Source of the DNA: Bacteroidales bacterium
GTDB taxonomy: Bacteria; Bacteroidota; Bacteroidia; Bacteroidales; VadinHA17
DNA length: 64,000 nucleotides
NCBI GenBank assembly: GCA_032260385.1
Contig: JAVVEL010000006.1
Coordinates: 37,918 to 101,917, forward strand
Direction of reading: 5' to 3'
Made by a program: the position numbers and the translations under genes. The notes beneath the pieces are model-generated. The model was not told the DNA's origin, made no database searches, and saw nothing but the letters and a program-made list of their open reading frames with translations. Below are positions 20,489-31,107 of the stretch, piece after piece; positions within the stretch are counted from its first letter, which is position 1, and each line of letters opens with the position of its first letter.

Positions 20489-21253
20489 ATGATAATAAAT
20501 TTGCCGGGAATGCCCGACAGAACAGTAAAACCCAGAACGGGCGGACTAACAATGGTAATGGATAAGGGCTTGAGTCTCAGGGAGACAGAAGACCTTGTGA
20601 GTGTCGGAAGTGAGTATATTGATTATCTTAAACTTGGATTCGGAACCTCTGTTTTTACTCCTGATGTGAGGAAAAAGGTTGAAGTATACCAGGCAGCAGG
20701 TGTGAGAACCTACCTCGGTGGTACACTCTTCGAGGCTTTTGTTATCAGGGATATGTTTGATGAATATGTTGAGCTGATAGATAAACTTGGTATACGGACT
20801 GTTGAGGTGTCAGATGGATCATTCGAGATGGATCAGGGACTGAAAACAGGCTATATAAAAAAGCTGTCGGAGAAGTATTATGTACTGTCTGAAGTAGGTT
20901 CCAAGAAAAAAGATGTGGTGTACAGCCCGGAAGAATGGGTCAGAATGATGGTCTCCGAACTGGAGGCAGGTTCGGAAAAGGTGATCGCTGAAGCAAGGGA
21001 AAGCGGAACAACCGGTATTTATAACAGCGACGGCTCAATTAATAAGGTACTGATAGATAAGCTGTCGAATGATGTGGGCTTCGACCGTATAATCTGGGAA
21101 GCCCCGCTGAAATCACAGCAGGCCTGGTTTATTAAACAGTTTGGAGCAAATGTAAACCTGGGAAATATATCCCCCGACGAAATAATAGCCCTTGAATCAC
21201 TCAGGAACGGATTGAGGGGAGATACATTTTTCCGCTTCCTGCAAGATCAGTAA
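20489..21253 (+). CDS. comA: (2R)-phospho-3-sulfolactate synthase (ComA family)
   Basis: 254 aa. KPRTGGLTMVMDKGL...IDYLKLGFGTS...VEVSDG...ESG pattern matches the ComA TIM-barrel family as I recall it. Confidence 0.75.
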   Translation: MIINLPGMPDRTVKPRTGGLTMVMDKGLSLRETEDLVSVGSEYIDYLKLGFGTSVFTPDVRKKVEVYQAAGVRTYLGGTLFEAFVIRDMFDEYVELIDKLGIRTVEVSDGSFEMDQGLKTGYIKKLSEKYYVLSEVGSKKKDVVYSPEEWVRMMVSELEAGSEKVIAEARESGTTGIYNSDGSINKVLIDKLSNDVGFDRIIWEAPLKSQQAWFIKQFGANVNLGNISPDEIIALESLRNGLRGDTFFRFLQDQ

Positions 21254-21259
21254 AAAGGT

Positions 21260-22183
21260 ATGCGTAAATTTTCAGATTATAGCCTTCTCTTCCTTAAGGG
21301 AATAGGCATGGGTGCAGCTGATGTTGTTCCCGGCGTTTCAGGCGGCACAATTGCTTTTATAACCGGTATATACGAAGAGCTCATAAGATCAATAAAATCA
21401 GTCGACCTTGAGGCTCTTGGATTACTTCTTAAGCTCAATTTTACACTTTTCTGGAAAAAGGTTAATGGGAATTTCCTCCTGGCCGTTTTTGGTGGAATTC
21501 TCCTGAGTGTCTTCTCCCTGGCCCGGCTGCTCAAATGGCTCATGGAAAATCACCCTGTACTAATATGGGCCTTTTTCTTCGGTCTTATACTGGCATCTGC
21601 AATAATAGTGATAAGGAAAATAAGCTCGTGGAATTTTGCCCGCCTGGCAGGATTGCTTGCAGGTACAGCACTGATGTTTGTTATTACCCTCTTTACCCCG
21701 GCACAGACAACAGATGCCTACTGGTATGTTTTTATTGCCGGTGCCGTAGCAATATGTGCAATGATACTTCCGGGGATATCAGGTGCCTTTATCCTTCTTA
21801 TTCTGGGAAAGTACCAGTTTATACTGGGAGCTGTGAACGATTTTAACATACCCGTATTGCTTATATTCGGTCTTGGAGTAATAACAGGTCTGCTCAGCTT
21901 TGCAAACCTGCTTTCATGGCTTTTCAGGAAATATCATGACCTGACAATTGCTGTGCTGGCAGGCTTTATTATTGGTTCACTCAATAAAATATGGCCATGG
22001 AAAGAAACTGTTAGATCCATGATAGACAGCCACGGAGAAACGATACCCCTGGTGCAGCACAATATTTTACCCCACCTTTACAGAGATATAACAGGTGCTG
22101 AACCCTACATCCTGCAGGCTGTACTGCTGATGATAACTGCCTTTGCCATTGTATTATTTCTTGATAAGCTTAGTTCAAGATAA
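21260..22183 (+). CDS. DUF368 family membrane protein (PopT-type undecaprenyl-phosphate translocase family)
   Basis: 307 aa polytopic protein with the duplicated DUF368 signature GMGAADVVPGVSGGTIAFITGIYEEL and LPGISGAFILLILGKY. Confidence 0.85.
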   Translation: MRKFSDYSLLFLKGIGMGAADVVPGVSGGTIAFITGIYEELIRSIKSVDLEALGLLLKLNFTLFWKKVNGNFLLAVFGGILLSVFSLARLLKWLMENHPVLIWAFFFGLILASAIIVIRKISSWNFARLAGLLAGTALMFVITLFTPAQTTDAYWYVFIAGAVAICAMILPGISGAFILLILGKYQFILGAVNDFNIPVLLIFGLGVITGLLSFANLLSWLFRKYHDLTIAVLAGFIIGSLNKIWPWKETVRSMIDSHGETIPLVQHNILPHLYRDITGAEPYILQAVLLMITAFAIVLFLDKLSSR

Positions 22184-22185
22184 GT

Positions 22186-22947
22186 ATGAAACGATATGGG
22201 CTGATAGGATACCCGCTTCAGCATTCTTTTTCTGAGAATTATTTTATGAATAAGTTCAGGAAGGAGAAAGTGGATGCTGTGTATAATAATTTCCCTCTTA
22301 AAACAATTGATGAATTTCCCGGCCTTATAAAAAAATACCCTGATCTTAAGGGATTAAATGTTACTCATCCCTACAAGGCATCAATTATTAACTATATAGA
22401 TGATATTGACAGACCAGCTCTGCAAGCCAATGCTGTAAATGTTATACATATTAACCGTAAAGGATCCAAACTGACAATGAAAGGATTTAATACCGATATC
22501 GATGGCTTTGTTTTATCATTGAAACCTTTACTGGACAGGACTGTTACCGGGGCACTGGTGCTTGGTACCGGCGGAGCTTCACGCGCCGTGCAGGCAGGCC
22601 TCCGGATGCTCGGTATTGATTATTCCTTAGTGTCTCGCGATAAGGTAAAAGCTGACCTTGACTATACTGATCTGACAGGTGAATCAATTATTAATTACCG
22701 GCTTATAATAAATGCAACACCCCTGGGCATGTATCCAGATACAACCGGTGTACCTGAGCTTCCATATGAGTCGCTCCACCCGGGATCCATTCTTTTCGAC
22801 CTGGTTTATAATCCCCCGGAATCTCTTTTCCTTAGAAGGGGTAAGGAGAGAGGCTGCACAATAAAGAATGGCCTGGAGATGCTGCATATCCAGGCTGAAA
22901 AGACTTGGGAAATATGGAATTCAGACTTTACCGGGGGAAGCCAATGA
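22186..22947 (+). CDS. aroE: Shikimate dehydrogenase
   Basis: GLIGYPLQHSFS, NVTHPYK, GFNTDIDGF and a Rossmann motif LGTGGASRA. Confidence 0.87.
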   Translation: MKRYGLIGYPLQHSFSENYFMNKFRKEKVDAVYNNFPLKTIDEFPGLIKKYPDLKGLNVTHPYKASIINYIDDIDRPALQANAVNVIHINRKGSKLTMKGFNTDIDGFVLSLKPLLDRTVTGALVLGTGGASRAVQAGLRMLGIDYSLVSRDKVKADLDYTDLTGESIINYRLIINATPLGMYPDTTGVPELPYESLHPGSILFDLVYNPPESLFLRRGKERGCTIKNGLEMLHIQAEKTWEIWNSDFTGGSQ

Positions 22948-23694
22948 GTAAGGATATTCCACCAGTGTTAAGAAGAGTCCCCTGGCAGGAGCAGACATCC
23001 CGGCATTATTCCGGTCTCCTGATTCAATAATATTCTCAAAATCTGATAAACTTAGTTTACCTGTACCGATATCCAACATTGTCCCTACTATTGCCCTTAC
23101 CATATTTCGCAAAAACCTGTCGGCTCTGATAATGAATATAGACCCGGTATTTGTGCTGAACCACCTGGCATGAGTGATGCGGCATTTATTTGTTTTTACA
23201 TCGGTATGTAACTTGCTGAAGCTTGTAAAATCATCGTATTTCAATAAAATATCACAGGCCTTATTCATGTCAGTAATTGAAAGATAGTCGTGCCTCTGCC
23301 AGGCCAGGTCTGACATGAAAGGGTCTTTATTGCGTATTATATGATATTCATAAGTCCTGAATAAGGCGTCAAAGCGGGCGTGAGCATCACTGTCTACACT
23401 GTGAATGGCCTTTACTTCGATATCGTCCGGTAAATGACGGTTGAGCCTGAATATCAGGTTTTCTTTTTGCTGGCTCAGTTCTGTATCAGAATCAAAATGG
23501 GCTATGAAGTACCTGGCATGCACTCCGGTATCAGTCCTTCCGCATCCCGTAGTTGAAATTTGTTGCTGCAGGATAAGAGAGAGTGAATTTTCAAGTGTTT
23601 CCTGGATTGTTTGACTCCCTGCCTGTATCTGCCATCCATGATATGCAGTACCACGATAGGATAATTGTAAATAGTACCTGAATCCCTTCATCAT
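22921..23694 (-). CDS. truA: tRNA pseudouridine(38-40) synthase
   Basis: LSYRGTAYHGWQIQ and the catalytic Asp context GCGRTDTGVHA. The first ATG is at 23694; the track start at 23700 is TTG. Confidence 0.93.
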   Translation of the reverse strand: MMKGFRYYLQLSYRGTAYHGWQIQAGSQTIQETLENSLSLILQQQISTTGCGRTDTGVHARYFIAHFDSDTELSQQKENLIFRLNRHLPDDIEVKAIHSVDSDAHARFDALFRTYEYHIIRNKDPFMSDLAWQRHDYLSITDMNKACDILLKYDDFTSFSKLHTDVKTNKCRITHARWFSTNTGSIFIIRADRFLRNMVRAIVGTMLDIGTGKLSLSDFENIIESGDRNNAGMSAPARGLFLTLVEYPYSLASPGKV

Positions 23695-23739
23695 ATGCAA
23701 ATATAATGAATTGGCTAATTTAATCTGCCTTCATAAAGA

Positions 23740-25383
23740 TTACCAGAAGATTGTATATAACAATGCCAGTATCAGTAAAATGGCGTATGAAGAAATATTA
23801 AAGGCCTTACCTGTTTTAAACATCGATGAAACCAGTTTAATACCCTTTGGATCATCATCCGCCTTATTGGTGGTAAGGCTAACACCTAGTATAATAACCA
23901 TGGTGATCAGGAATGTATATAACATCTGATCCATCCAGGGAAGGTCAATAATGCTTAATTTGAGTATTAAGGCAACGGGAATGGAAGCGATTGCTCCTAA
24001 AATTGCACCCATTGAATTTGCTTTTTTCCAGAATAAGCCCATAATGAACACGGCCAGTATCCCCGGGCTGACTATTCCCGTGTATTCCTGTATATATTGA
24101 AAAGCCTGTTCAATATTTTGCAGGAGGGGAGCAACAAGGATGGCAATGATAAGTGCAGTAAAAGCAGCTATCCGTCCCACCCTGACAGTTATTTTATCAG
24201 AAGCGTCCTTGTTGAAATATGGCTTGTAGATATCCATTGTGAAGATGGTTGAGGTTGAGTTAAGCATCGACGCCAGTGATGACACAATGGCAGCGGCCAG
24301 GGCAGCTACAACGAGCCCTTTGAGCCCTGATGGTATAAAAGTGCCTATAAGCCACGGGAAGGCTTTATCGTAATTGGTACTGCCATCAGCCTTTGTAAAT
24401 GATTCAACAACACCGGGAATTATATTAGTGCCCTCGGGCTGCGTGTACATAACCCACACTATAATGCCGGGAATAACAATAAACAATGGTATGAGAAGCT
24501 TCAGAAAAGCGGCAAATGCAATCCCTCGCTGTGCTTCGCGTAAGGATTTGGCGGCAAGCGTTCTCTGGATAATATACTGGTTGAATCCCCAGTAATACAG
24601 GTTGGCAATCCACATGCCACCTATAAGCACACCTATCCCGGGCAGATTGAAATATTCGGGATTGTCTCTTGAGAGTATCATATGAAACTTGTCGCCGGCT
24701 GTGTGATAAACATGACTGATTCCATTGCCCAGCCCGCCATCAGGTGTTACTTTGTCAAGAGCTATGATAGTGGTTATTACTCCACCAATTACCAGGAGGG
24801 CTACCTGGATAATATCGGTCCAGGCAACTGCAGAAAGACCGCCGTACAATGAATATGCTGCTGCGACAAAGGCCAGCCCTATGATTGCGTAAATAAGTAT
24901 TGACCCGTCTCCTGTCCCTATTATGGTGTCAATGGCTTTTGCTCCAAGGAAGAGTACCGAAGTAAGGTTAACGAAAATGAAAAGGGCAATCCAGAAGATC
25001 GCCAGAATTGTTTTTAAAGATTTATTGAACCTTTTTTCAACAAATTCCGGAATTGTATAGATGCCTTTCTCAATAAAAACAGGAAGAAAATATTTGCCAA
25101 CAATGATCAGAGTTGCTGCGGCCATCCATTCATATGTGGCAATGGCAAGTCCGATGGCAAAGCCTGAGCCAGACATTCCAATCATCTGTTCAGCAGATAT
25201 ATTGGCAGCAATAAGAGAGGCTCCAATGGCCCACCAGGGTAATGATTTGCTTGCAAGAAAATAGTCTTCGGCATTTCTGCCAGTACCCTTTTTGTCACGT
25301 GAAACCCATAAACCAAGGGCAATCAGACCTACCGCATAAACTATGAAAATAGCATAATCTATAAAAGCAAAATTACCGTTCAT
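23740..25383 (-). CDS. Sodium:solute symporter (SSF/SGLT family)
   Basis: 547 aa with about 13-14 TM helices. SSF-type motifs include YFLASKSLPWWAIGASLIAANISAEQ and GGLSAVAWTD. Confidence 0.9.
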   Translation of the reverse strand: MNGNFAFIDYAIFIVYAVGLIALGLWVSRDKKGTGRNAEDYFLASKSLPWWAIGASLIAANISAEQMIGMSGSGFAIGLAIATYEWMAAATLIIVGKYFLPVFIEKGIYTIPEFVEKRFNKSLKTILAIFWIALFIFVNLTSVLFLGAKAIDTIIGTGDGSILIYAIIGLAFVAAAYSLYGGLSAVAWTDIIQVALLVIGGVITTIIALDKVTPDGGLGNGISHVYHTAGDKFHMILSRDNPEYFNLPGIGVLIGGMWIANLYYWGFNQYIIQRTLAAKSLREAQRGIAFAAFLKLLIPLFIVIPGIIVWVMYTQPEGTNIIPGVVESFTKADGSTNYDKAFPWLIGTFIPSGLKGLVVAALAAAIVSSLASMLNSTSTIFTMDIYKPYFNKDASDKITVRVGRIAAFTALIIAILVAPLLQNIEQAFQYIQEYTGIVSPGILAVFIMGLFWKKANSMGAILGAIASIPVALILKLSIIDLPWMDQMLYTFLITMVIILGVSLTTNKADDDPKGIKLVSSMFKTGKAFNISSYAILLILALLYTIFW

Positions 25384-25559
25384 TTTGATACAAATTAGTT
25401 TGTTCCTGAATTAAAATCTCAAAAATAACACATATTATTAATTACTATGAGATTTTTATTTATAATCTCTTTAAATTAATATGGCTGCATTTCGGGAAGA
25501 GCATAAAAATTATCTTTACTTTTCATTAGCTTTAATGCGGCAAATATTTACTTATAGAA

Positions 25560-26609
25560 ATGAAAAAGTCAGTCTCAAGAGGTTTTGCAAGTGATAATAA
25601 TGCTGGAATACATCCTCAAATACTTAAAGAACTAGAAATTGTAAATAAAGGCCATGTTATTGGCTATGGTGATGACCACTATACCAGGGAGGCAGAAGAA
25701 CTGTTCAGGATCATCTTCGGACCTTCAACAGAGGTTTATTTTGTTTTTACCGGTACTGCTGCCAATGTGCTGGGTCTTAGCGCAACAATAAGGTCATGGA
25801 ATTCAGTTATAACTGCTTTTACAGCCCATATAGAGCAGGATGAATGCGGGGCTCCGGAGAAATATGCCGGCTGTAAGATACTGACTGTAGATACCGGTGA
25901 CGGCAAACTGAGAAAGGAAGGTCTGGCCAGGCATCTGCACGGTTTTGATTTTGAACATCATTCACAGCCAAAGGTGGTTTCAATTAGCCAGACAACGGAA
26001 ATGGGAACAGTGTACACGCCTGATGAGATAGTTGACCTGGCAGATTTTGTGCATGGCTATGACATGCTTTTGCATATGGACGGTGCCAGGATTGCCAATG
26101 CTGCTGCTTCACTGAACCTGCCTTTCAGGGATTTTACCACGGAGGCAGGAGTTGATGTGCTCTCGTTCGGAGGAACAAAAAATGGAATGATGTGCGGGGA
26201 AGCAGTTTGTTTCCTTAAAGAAGACCTTTCTGATAACTTTAAATATATACGTAAACAGGGTATGCAGCTTGCATCTAAGATGCGTTATGTATCAGCACAG
26301 TTTATTGCATATTTCAGGAATGACCTGTGGCTTGAAAATGCAAGAAATGCAAACATGATGGCCAGAACACTGGCCGATCGCCTTAATAAGATAGAAGGGA
26401 TAAAAATTACACAGGAAGTGAATGCAAACGGTGTATTTGTAATCCTTCCTGGCGACGTTGCCGGTGAAGTGAGGTCAAGCTATTTCTTTTACCCATGGAA
26501 TGAGGAACTATCCGAGTACAGGCTGATGACAAGCTGGGATACCACTGAAAAAGATATAGAGGGCTTTGCTAACCTGCTGGAAAAGAAAATGAAAGAATTT
26601 TATGATTGA
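25560..26609 (+). CDS. ltaE: Low-specificity threonine aldolase / beta-eliminating lyase family PLP enzyme
   Basis: FASDNNAGIHPQIL, FTGTAANV, MDGARIANAA and the PLP-Lys context SFGGTKNG. Confidence 0.82.
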   Translation: MKKSVSRGFASDNNAGIHPQILKELEIVNKGHVIGYGDDHYTREAEELFRIIFGPSTEVYFVFTGTAANVLGLSATIRSWNSVITAFTAHIEQDECGAPEKYAGCKILTVDTGDGKLRKEGLARHLHGFDFEHHSQPKVVSISQTTEMGTVYTPDEIVDLADFVHGYDMLLHMDGARIANAAASLNLPFRDFTTEAGVDVLSFGGTKNGMMCGEAVCFLKEDLSDNFKYIRKQGMQLASKMRYVSAQFIAYFRNDLWLENARNANMMARTLADRLNKIEGIKITQEVNANGVFVILPGDVAGEVRSSYFFYPWNEELSEYRLMTSWDTTEKDIEGFANLLEKKMKEFYD

Positions 26610-26611
26610 TC

Positions 26612-27826
26612 TCAGGGTAATAAAAGGGAACTGTCGCCATAACTGAGAAAACGAAAATCATTTTCAAGGGAATAATCGTAAATCTTTTTCCAGTCATCGC
26701 CCGTAAAGGCAGCCACAAGCAAGAGCAGTGTGCTGCCTGGTAAATGATAGTTTGTTATTAATCCTTCCGCTATTCTCATCCGGTAGCCGGGCACTATTAT
26801 TATACCCGTCCTGGCCTCCAGGTATTGAAGCTTCTTTTTATCCATAAACTCCAGTATTGTTTCTATGGCTTCTTTAGAGCCAGTCTCTGATCTATTGTCA
26901 TATGGATACCATTGCTCGATAATAATTCCCTCTTCAGACATAATTTTCCCCTTCCTTATTTTATGACCGATCCAGTACAGGCTTTCAAGAGTACGGAGGG
27001 AGGTTGTGCCAACGGCGATGATACGCCCTCCGCTAATTTTTTCAATAGTCTCCCTTTCAATCCTGAAATGCTCGATATGCATGCTGTGTCCGCCTGAGGT
27101 ATCTGATTTGACAGGTATAAATGTGCCTGCTCCTACATGGAGGGTTACCGGAAGAGTCAGGATACCTCTTACCTTCAGGTCTGAAAGAACACTTTCTGTA
27201 AAATGTAAACCTGCCGTAGGAGCGGCTACAGATCCGTCGTCCCTTGAATATACTGTCTGGTACCGTATTTTATCAATGTCCTCGTCTTCCCGTTTAAGGT
27301 AAGGAGGTACGGGAACATGCCCTGCAATATCCATTATCTGGCTGAAGCACAGTTGCTCATCATCCCAGGTGAACCTTATCAGGCTTTCTTTACCCATCCT
27401 GTCTGTCTGCCAGGCATACAGCTTTACCATCTTGCCTCCGTACTGCAGTTCCATCTTCAGGATGCCGGTCTTCCATTTTTTACGATTACCCACAAGGCAC
27501 CGCCACATAACTGTTTTTTTTGCAGAAAAATTGGACTCGTAATCTGCGGGTTCCTCAGGTTCAAGACAGAATATTTCAATTATTGCACCCGTGGGCTTAC
27601 TGAATATCAGCCTGGCCCTTATTACCCTTGTCCTGTTGTATACGAGAATATCACCTTCCGAGAGGTAAGTTCCCAGCTTGCGGAAAATATCATGACTTAT
27701 CCTTCCCTTGCTGTAAATCAATAGTCTGGATAAATCTCTCTCATTTAAGGGATATCTCGCAATTTTCTCCTCGGGCAATACATAGGTATAATCCTTAATT
27801 TTTATATTTCGTGGATCTTCAGTCAC
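26612..27826 (-). CDS. queA: S-adenosylmethionine:tRNA ribosyltransferase-isomerase
   Basis: YVLPEEKIARYPL, AAPTAGLHFT, VGTTSLRTLES and C-terminal RFLSYGDSSLL. GTG start. Confidence 0.92.
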   Translation of the reverse strand: MTEDPRNIKIKDYTYVLPEEKIARYPLNERDLSRLLIYSKGRISHDIFRKLGTYLSEGDILVYNRTRVIRARLIFSKPTGAIIEIFCLEPEEPADYESNFSAKKTVMWRCLVGNRKKWKTGILKMELQYGGKMVKLYAWQTDRMGKESLIRFTWDDEQLCFSQIMDIAGHVPVPPYLKREDEDIDKIRYQTVYSRDDGSVAAPTAGLHFTESVLSDLKVRGILTLPVTLHVGAGTFIPVKSDTSGGHSMHIEHFRIERETIEKISGGRIIAVGTTSLRTLESLYWIGHKIRKGKIMSEEGIIIEQWYPYDNRSETGSKEAIETILEFMDKKKLQYLEARTGIIIVPGYRMRIAEGLITNYHLPGSTLLLLVAAFTGDDWKKIYDYSLENDFRFLSYGDSSLLLP

Positions 27827-27941
27827 CTTTAATTACAGATTTTAAGAACGGGAGCATTAAATTCGGAATGCTCACATAAGATGCCCAAAAATAACTAAAT
27901 TTGTTGGTAGCAGCATTGAAAATTAAATCAAACGAAGCACT

Positions 27942-29306
27942 ATGGTATACAAGAGTATTGATCCCTATTCAGGGAAATTGAATAAACAATATGAACTTAT
28001 CAGTAATGATGAACTGGAAAATATAATTTTTTCATCATCGCGGGCTTTCAGAAAATGGAGTAAGCTTAATATTGAAAAGAGGCAGGATTTTCTTCTTGGC
28101 CTTGCCGAGCTTCTGGAGATCGAAAAAGACTTTCACGCGGCAACAATAACCTCTGAAATGGGTAAACCAATCAGCCAGTCCCTTGCTGAGGTTGAGAAGA
28201 GTGCTATGGCCTGCAGGTATTATGGTGAGCGGGCAGATGAATTTCTGAGACCAAGGAAACATTCATCTTCTGCCGGATCTTCAACAATACGATTTGACCC
28301 CCAGGGGATAGTCCTTGCCATTATGCCATGGAATTTTCCTTACTGGCAGGTTATAAGGTGCCTGGCTCCGGCACTTGCAGCCGGTAATACCGTCCTTCTG
28401 AAACATGCCTCCAATGTACCCCAGTGTGCTGAAAATATCGAGAATGCAGTTATAAAGGCAGGCTTCCCCTCAGATGTATTCAGGAACCTTTTTATTGATT
28501 ACAACCAGGTATCCAAGGTTCTGGATTCAGAATATGTGAGGTCAGTAAGCCTTACAGGCAGCAATGCTGCAGGAGAAAAAATTGCTGCAAGGGCAGGATC
28601 AAATATCAAAAAACTGGTACTTGAACTGGGTGGAAACGATGCCTTCATAGTTTTTGACGATGCCGATCTGGAGAAAGCTGCGGAAGCCCTTGTTTACGGA
28701 CGCTTTCAAAATACAGGGCAGAGTTGCATAGCTTCAAAAAGACTCTTTGTCCATGAACGGGTATATCCCGAATTCCTGAACCTCATAACCGGACGCATCA
28801 AGGCTCTCAGAATAGGAAATCCCTCACTTCAGGATACCTACATCGGCCCCCTCGTCAATAAGACGGCGGTGATGGAACTGGAACGACAGTTAAGCCAGAC
28901 CATTGACATGGGCGCTGAAATAATCCTTGGTGGTAAATACGGTAAGCCGCACGATTGCTTCTTTGAGCCTACTGTGGTCATTAATGTGCCCTATGAGAGC
29001 CCTCTTGCCAGGGAAGAAGTGTTTGGACCCGTTTTACCGGTCTTTAGTTTCAGGGACTATGATGAACTGGTTTGCAGGGTGAATGACTCAAGGTTCGGCC
29101 TGGGCTGCTCGGTATTTACCCGGAACACTAAAATAATGGATCAACTGGCCGGGACTATTGATGCCGGTACGGTAGTGTTTAACAGTTTTACAAAATCTGA
29201 CCCTGCTCTTCCTTTTGGAGGAGTGAAGGAGTCGGGCTATGGAAGGGAGCTTTCTGAGTATGGGATAATGGAGTTTGTGAATATTAAAACCATTACTGTA
29301 TTCTGA
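27942..29306 (+). CDS. NAD(P)-dependent aldehyde dehydrogenase (succinate-semialdehyde dehydrogenase-like)
   Basis: 454 aa ALDH with catalytic Glu context LELGGNDA, catalytic Cys context GQSCIASKR and EEVFGPV. Confidence 0.88.
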   Translation: MVYKSIDPYSGKLNKQYELISNDELENIIFSSSRAFRKWSKLNIEKRQDFLLGLAELLEIEKDFHAATITSEMGKPISQSLAEVEKSAMACRYYGERADEFLRPRKHSSSAGSSTIRFDPQGIVLAIMPWNFPYWQVIRCLAPALAAGNTVLLKHASNVPQCAENIENAVIKAGFPSDVFRNLFIDYNQVSKVLDSEYVRSVSLTGSNAAGEKIAARAGSNIKKLVLELGGNDAFIVFDDADLEKAAEALVYGRFQNTGQSCIASKRLFVHERVYPEFLNLITGRIKALRIGNPSLQDTYIGPLVNKTAVMELERQLSQTIDMGAEIILGGKYGKPHDCFFEPTVVINVPYESPLAREEVFGPVLPVFSFRDYDELVCRVNDSRFGLGCSVFTRNTKIMDQLAGTIDAGTVVFNSFTKSDPALPFGGVKESGYGRELSEYGIMEFVNIKTITVF

Positions 29307-29333
29307 TTGTAAATAATTGATTAACTTTGCAAT

Positions 29334-29734
29334 GCAGCAAACCGTTCTGTCGCTCCATACCATTGTGTACGGGGAGGAAAGTCCGGACAACACAGAGCAC
29401 CATACTTCCTAACGGGAAGATGCCCGCGAGGGTATAGTAACGTAACAGAAAATAACCGTCCCGGCTTTGTTCTGAGCTTGTCGAAGGGCACCCGGGATAA
29501 GGGTGAAAAGGTGGGGTAAGAGCTCACCGGGCCCCGTGGCGACATGGGGTGCCGTACGTCTTATGGGTTGAAAGACCATGTATACCGGCGCTGAGGACTG
29601 CTCGTCCGATGCCGGGGGGTAGGTCGTTAAAGCTGTTCAGCAATGAACGGCGTAGAGAAATGACAGAAAACCGCTTCGTTTATCTCTGTGAGATTAAAGG
29701 ACTGGTAACAGAATCCGGCTTACAGGTTTGCTGC
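29334..29734 (+). ncRNA. rnpB: RNase P RNA, bacterial type A
   Basis: P1 pairing GCAGCAAACC (29334-29343) with GGTTTGCTGC (29725-29734). Universally conserved P4 strands GGAGGAAAGTCCGGAC and ACAGAATCCGGCTTA are present, with GGGTAAGAGCTCACC in the specificity domain. A T8 run follows. Confidence 0.93.
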
Positions 29735-29768
29735 TTTTTTTTCAGAATTGTCAGACTCCATGTTCATT

Positions 29769-31055
29769 CTATTTCTTCCATAGAAATTTTAGCCTGTCCC
29801 TGAATTCTTTTTCCCTTGCATTGTCTCCTGGTGTATAAAATTCCCTCTCACCTAATTCGTCCGGCATATAGTTCTCTTTGGTAAAATGACCCTCATATGA
29901 GTGTGGATACTTATAATCTTTACCGTAATCAAGATTTTTCATAAGACCTGTTGGGGCATTGCGTAGATGCAAGGGTACGGGCCTGTCGCCTGATCGTTCA
30001 ACCTCGCCGAGGGCTTTTTCAATGGCCATGTAGGCACTGTTGCTTTTTGGTGAGCATGCCAGGTATATAGCTGTTTCAGAAAGTATTATACGCGACTCAG
30101 GCCAGCCGGTAAGGTGAACGGCGTCAAAACATGCCTGTGCAATTAACAGGGCATTCGGGTTTGCCAGGCCTATATCCTCTGCTGCCAGTATCAGTAAGCG
30201 GCGTGCTATGAATTTAACGTCCTCACCGCCTTTCACCATCCTGGCAAGCCAGTAAACGGCCGCATTGGGATCGTTGCCCCTGATAGATTTAATAAAGGCT
30301 GAAATAATATCGTAATGCTGTTCTCCCCCCTTGTCGTACAGGGCCATGTTGTTCTGTATATGCTTCATTACCTTTTCATCGGTAATAATTATCTTTCCCT
30401 TCTTGTCGTCCAGTGCCTGGAGTTCAGAAGAAATGGTCAGCTCAAGAGCATTGTAGAGTTTACGTGCATCACCGCCCGAGCTTTTTACAAGGGCATTGTA
30501 TTCGGCAATCTCAAGATCCAGTTCCTTTAGGTAGCTGTCCTGTTTTAAAGCCCTGTCAGCCAGTGTCCTGAGGTCTTTGTCGCGGAGTGGTTTAAGCAGG
30601 TACACCTGGCAGCGGGAGAGGAGGGGGGAAATGATTTCAAAGGACGGATTCTCAGTGGTGGCGCCTATAAGTATAATTATGCCCTTCTCAATAGCGCCAA
30701 GGAGTGAATCCTGCTGTGATTTGGAAAAACGGTGGATCTCATCAATAAACAGGATGGGACTGGGATTATCAAAAAATTGCTGTTTTTTTGCCTTCTCTAT
30801 GGTCTCCCTTACATCTTTTACACCTGAATGCACCGCGCTCAACTGGTAGAACGGCCTTTTGTGCATTGAGGCAATTATCCCTGCCAGGGTAGTTTTGCCT
30901 ACTCCAGGCGGCCCCCATAAGATGAAGGATGGTATTCCTCCTGATTCGAGGTTTTTCCTCAGGGTGGAAGCAGGTCCGGTAAGATGATCCTGCCCTACAT
31001 AATCTGACAGGGCAGAGGGTCTCATCCTTTCTGCAAGGGGTTTGTTTGATAACAT
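29769..31055 (-). CDS. rarA: Replication-associated recombination protein A (AAA+ ATPase)
   Basis: Walker A GPPGVGKTT, Walker B LFIDEIHRF, and a C-terminal MgsA domain (HYDIISAFIKSIRG..., YWLARM). Confidence 0.93.
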   Translation of the reverse strand: MLSNKPLAERMRPSALSDYVGQDHLTGPASTLRKNLESGGIPSFILWGPPGVGKTTLAGIIASMHKRPFYQLSAVHSGVKDVRETIEKAKKQQFFDNPSPILFIDEIHRFSKSQQDSLLGAIEKGIIILIGATTENPSFEIISPLLSRCQVYLLKPLRDKDLRTLADRALKQDSYLKELDLEIAEYNALVKSSGGDARKLYNALELTISSELQALDDKKGKIIITDEKVMKHIQNNMALYDKGGEQHYDIISAFIKSIRGNDPNAAVYWLARMVKGGEDVKFIARRLLILAAEDIGLANPNALLIAQACFDAVHLTGWPESRIILSETAIYLACSPKSNSAYMAIEKALGEVERSGDRPVPLHLRNAPTGLMKNLDYGKDYKYPHSYEGHFTKENYMPDELGEREFYTPGDNAREKEFRDRLKFLWKK

Positions 31056-31107
31056 AATAATGTTTTCAGCAAAATTAGTAAATGAAAGCGAAAAAAAGGC
31101 AGCTATT

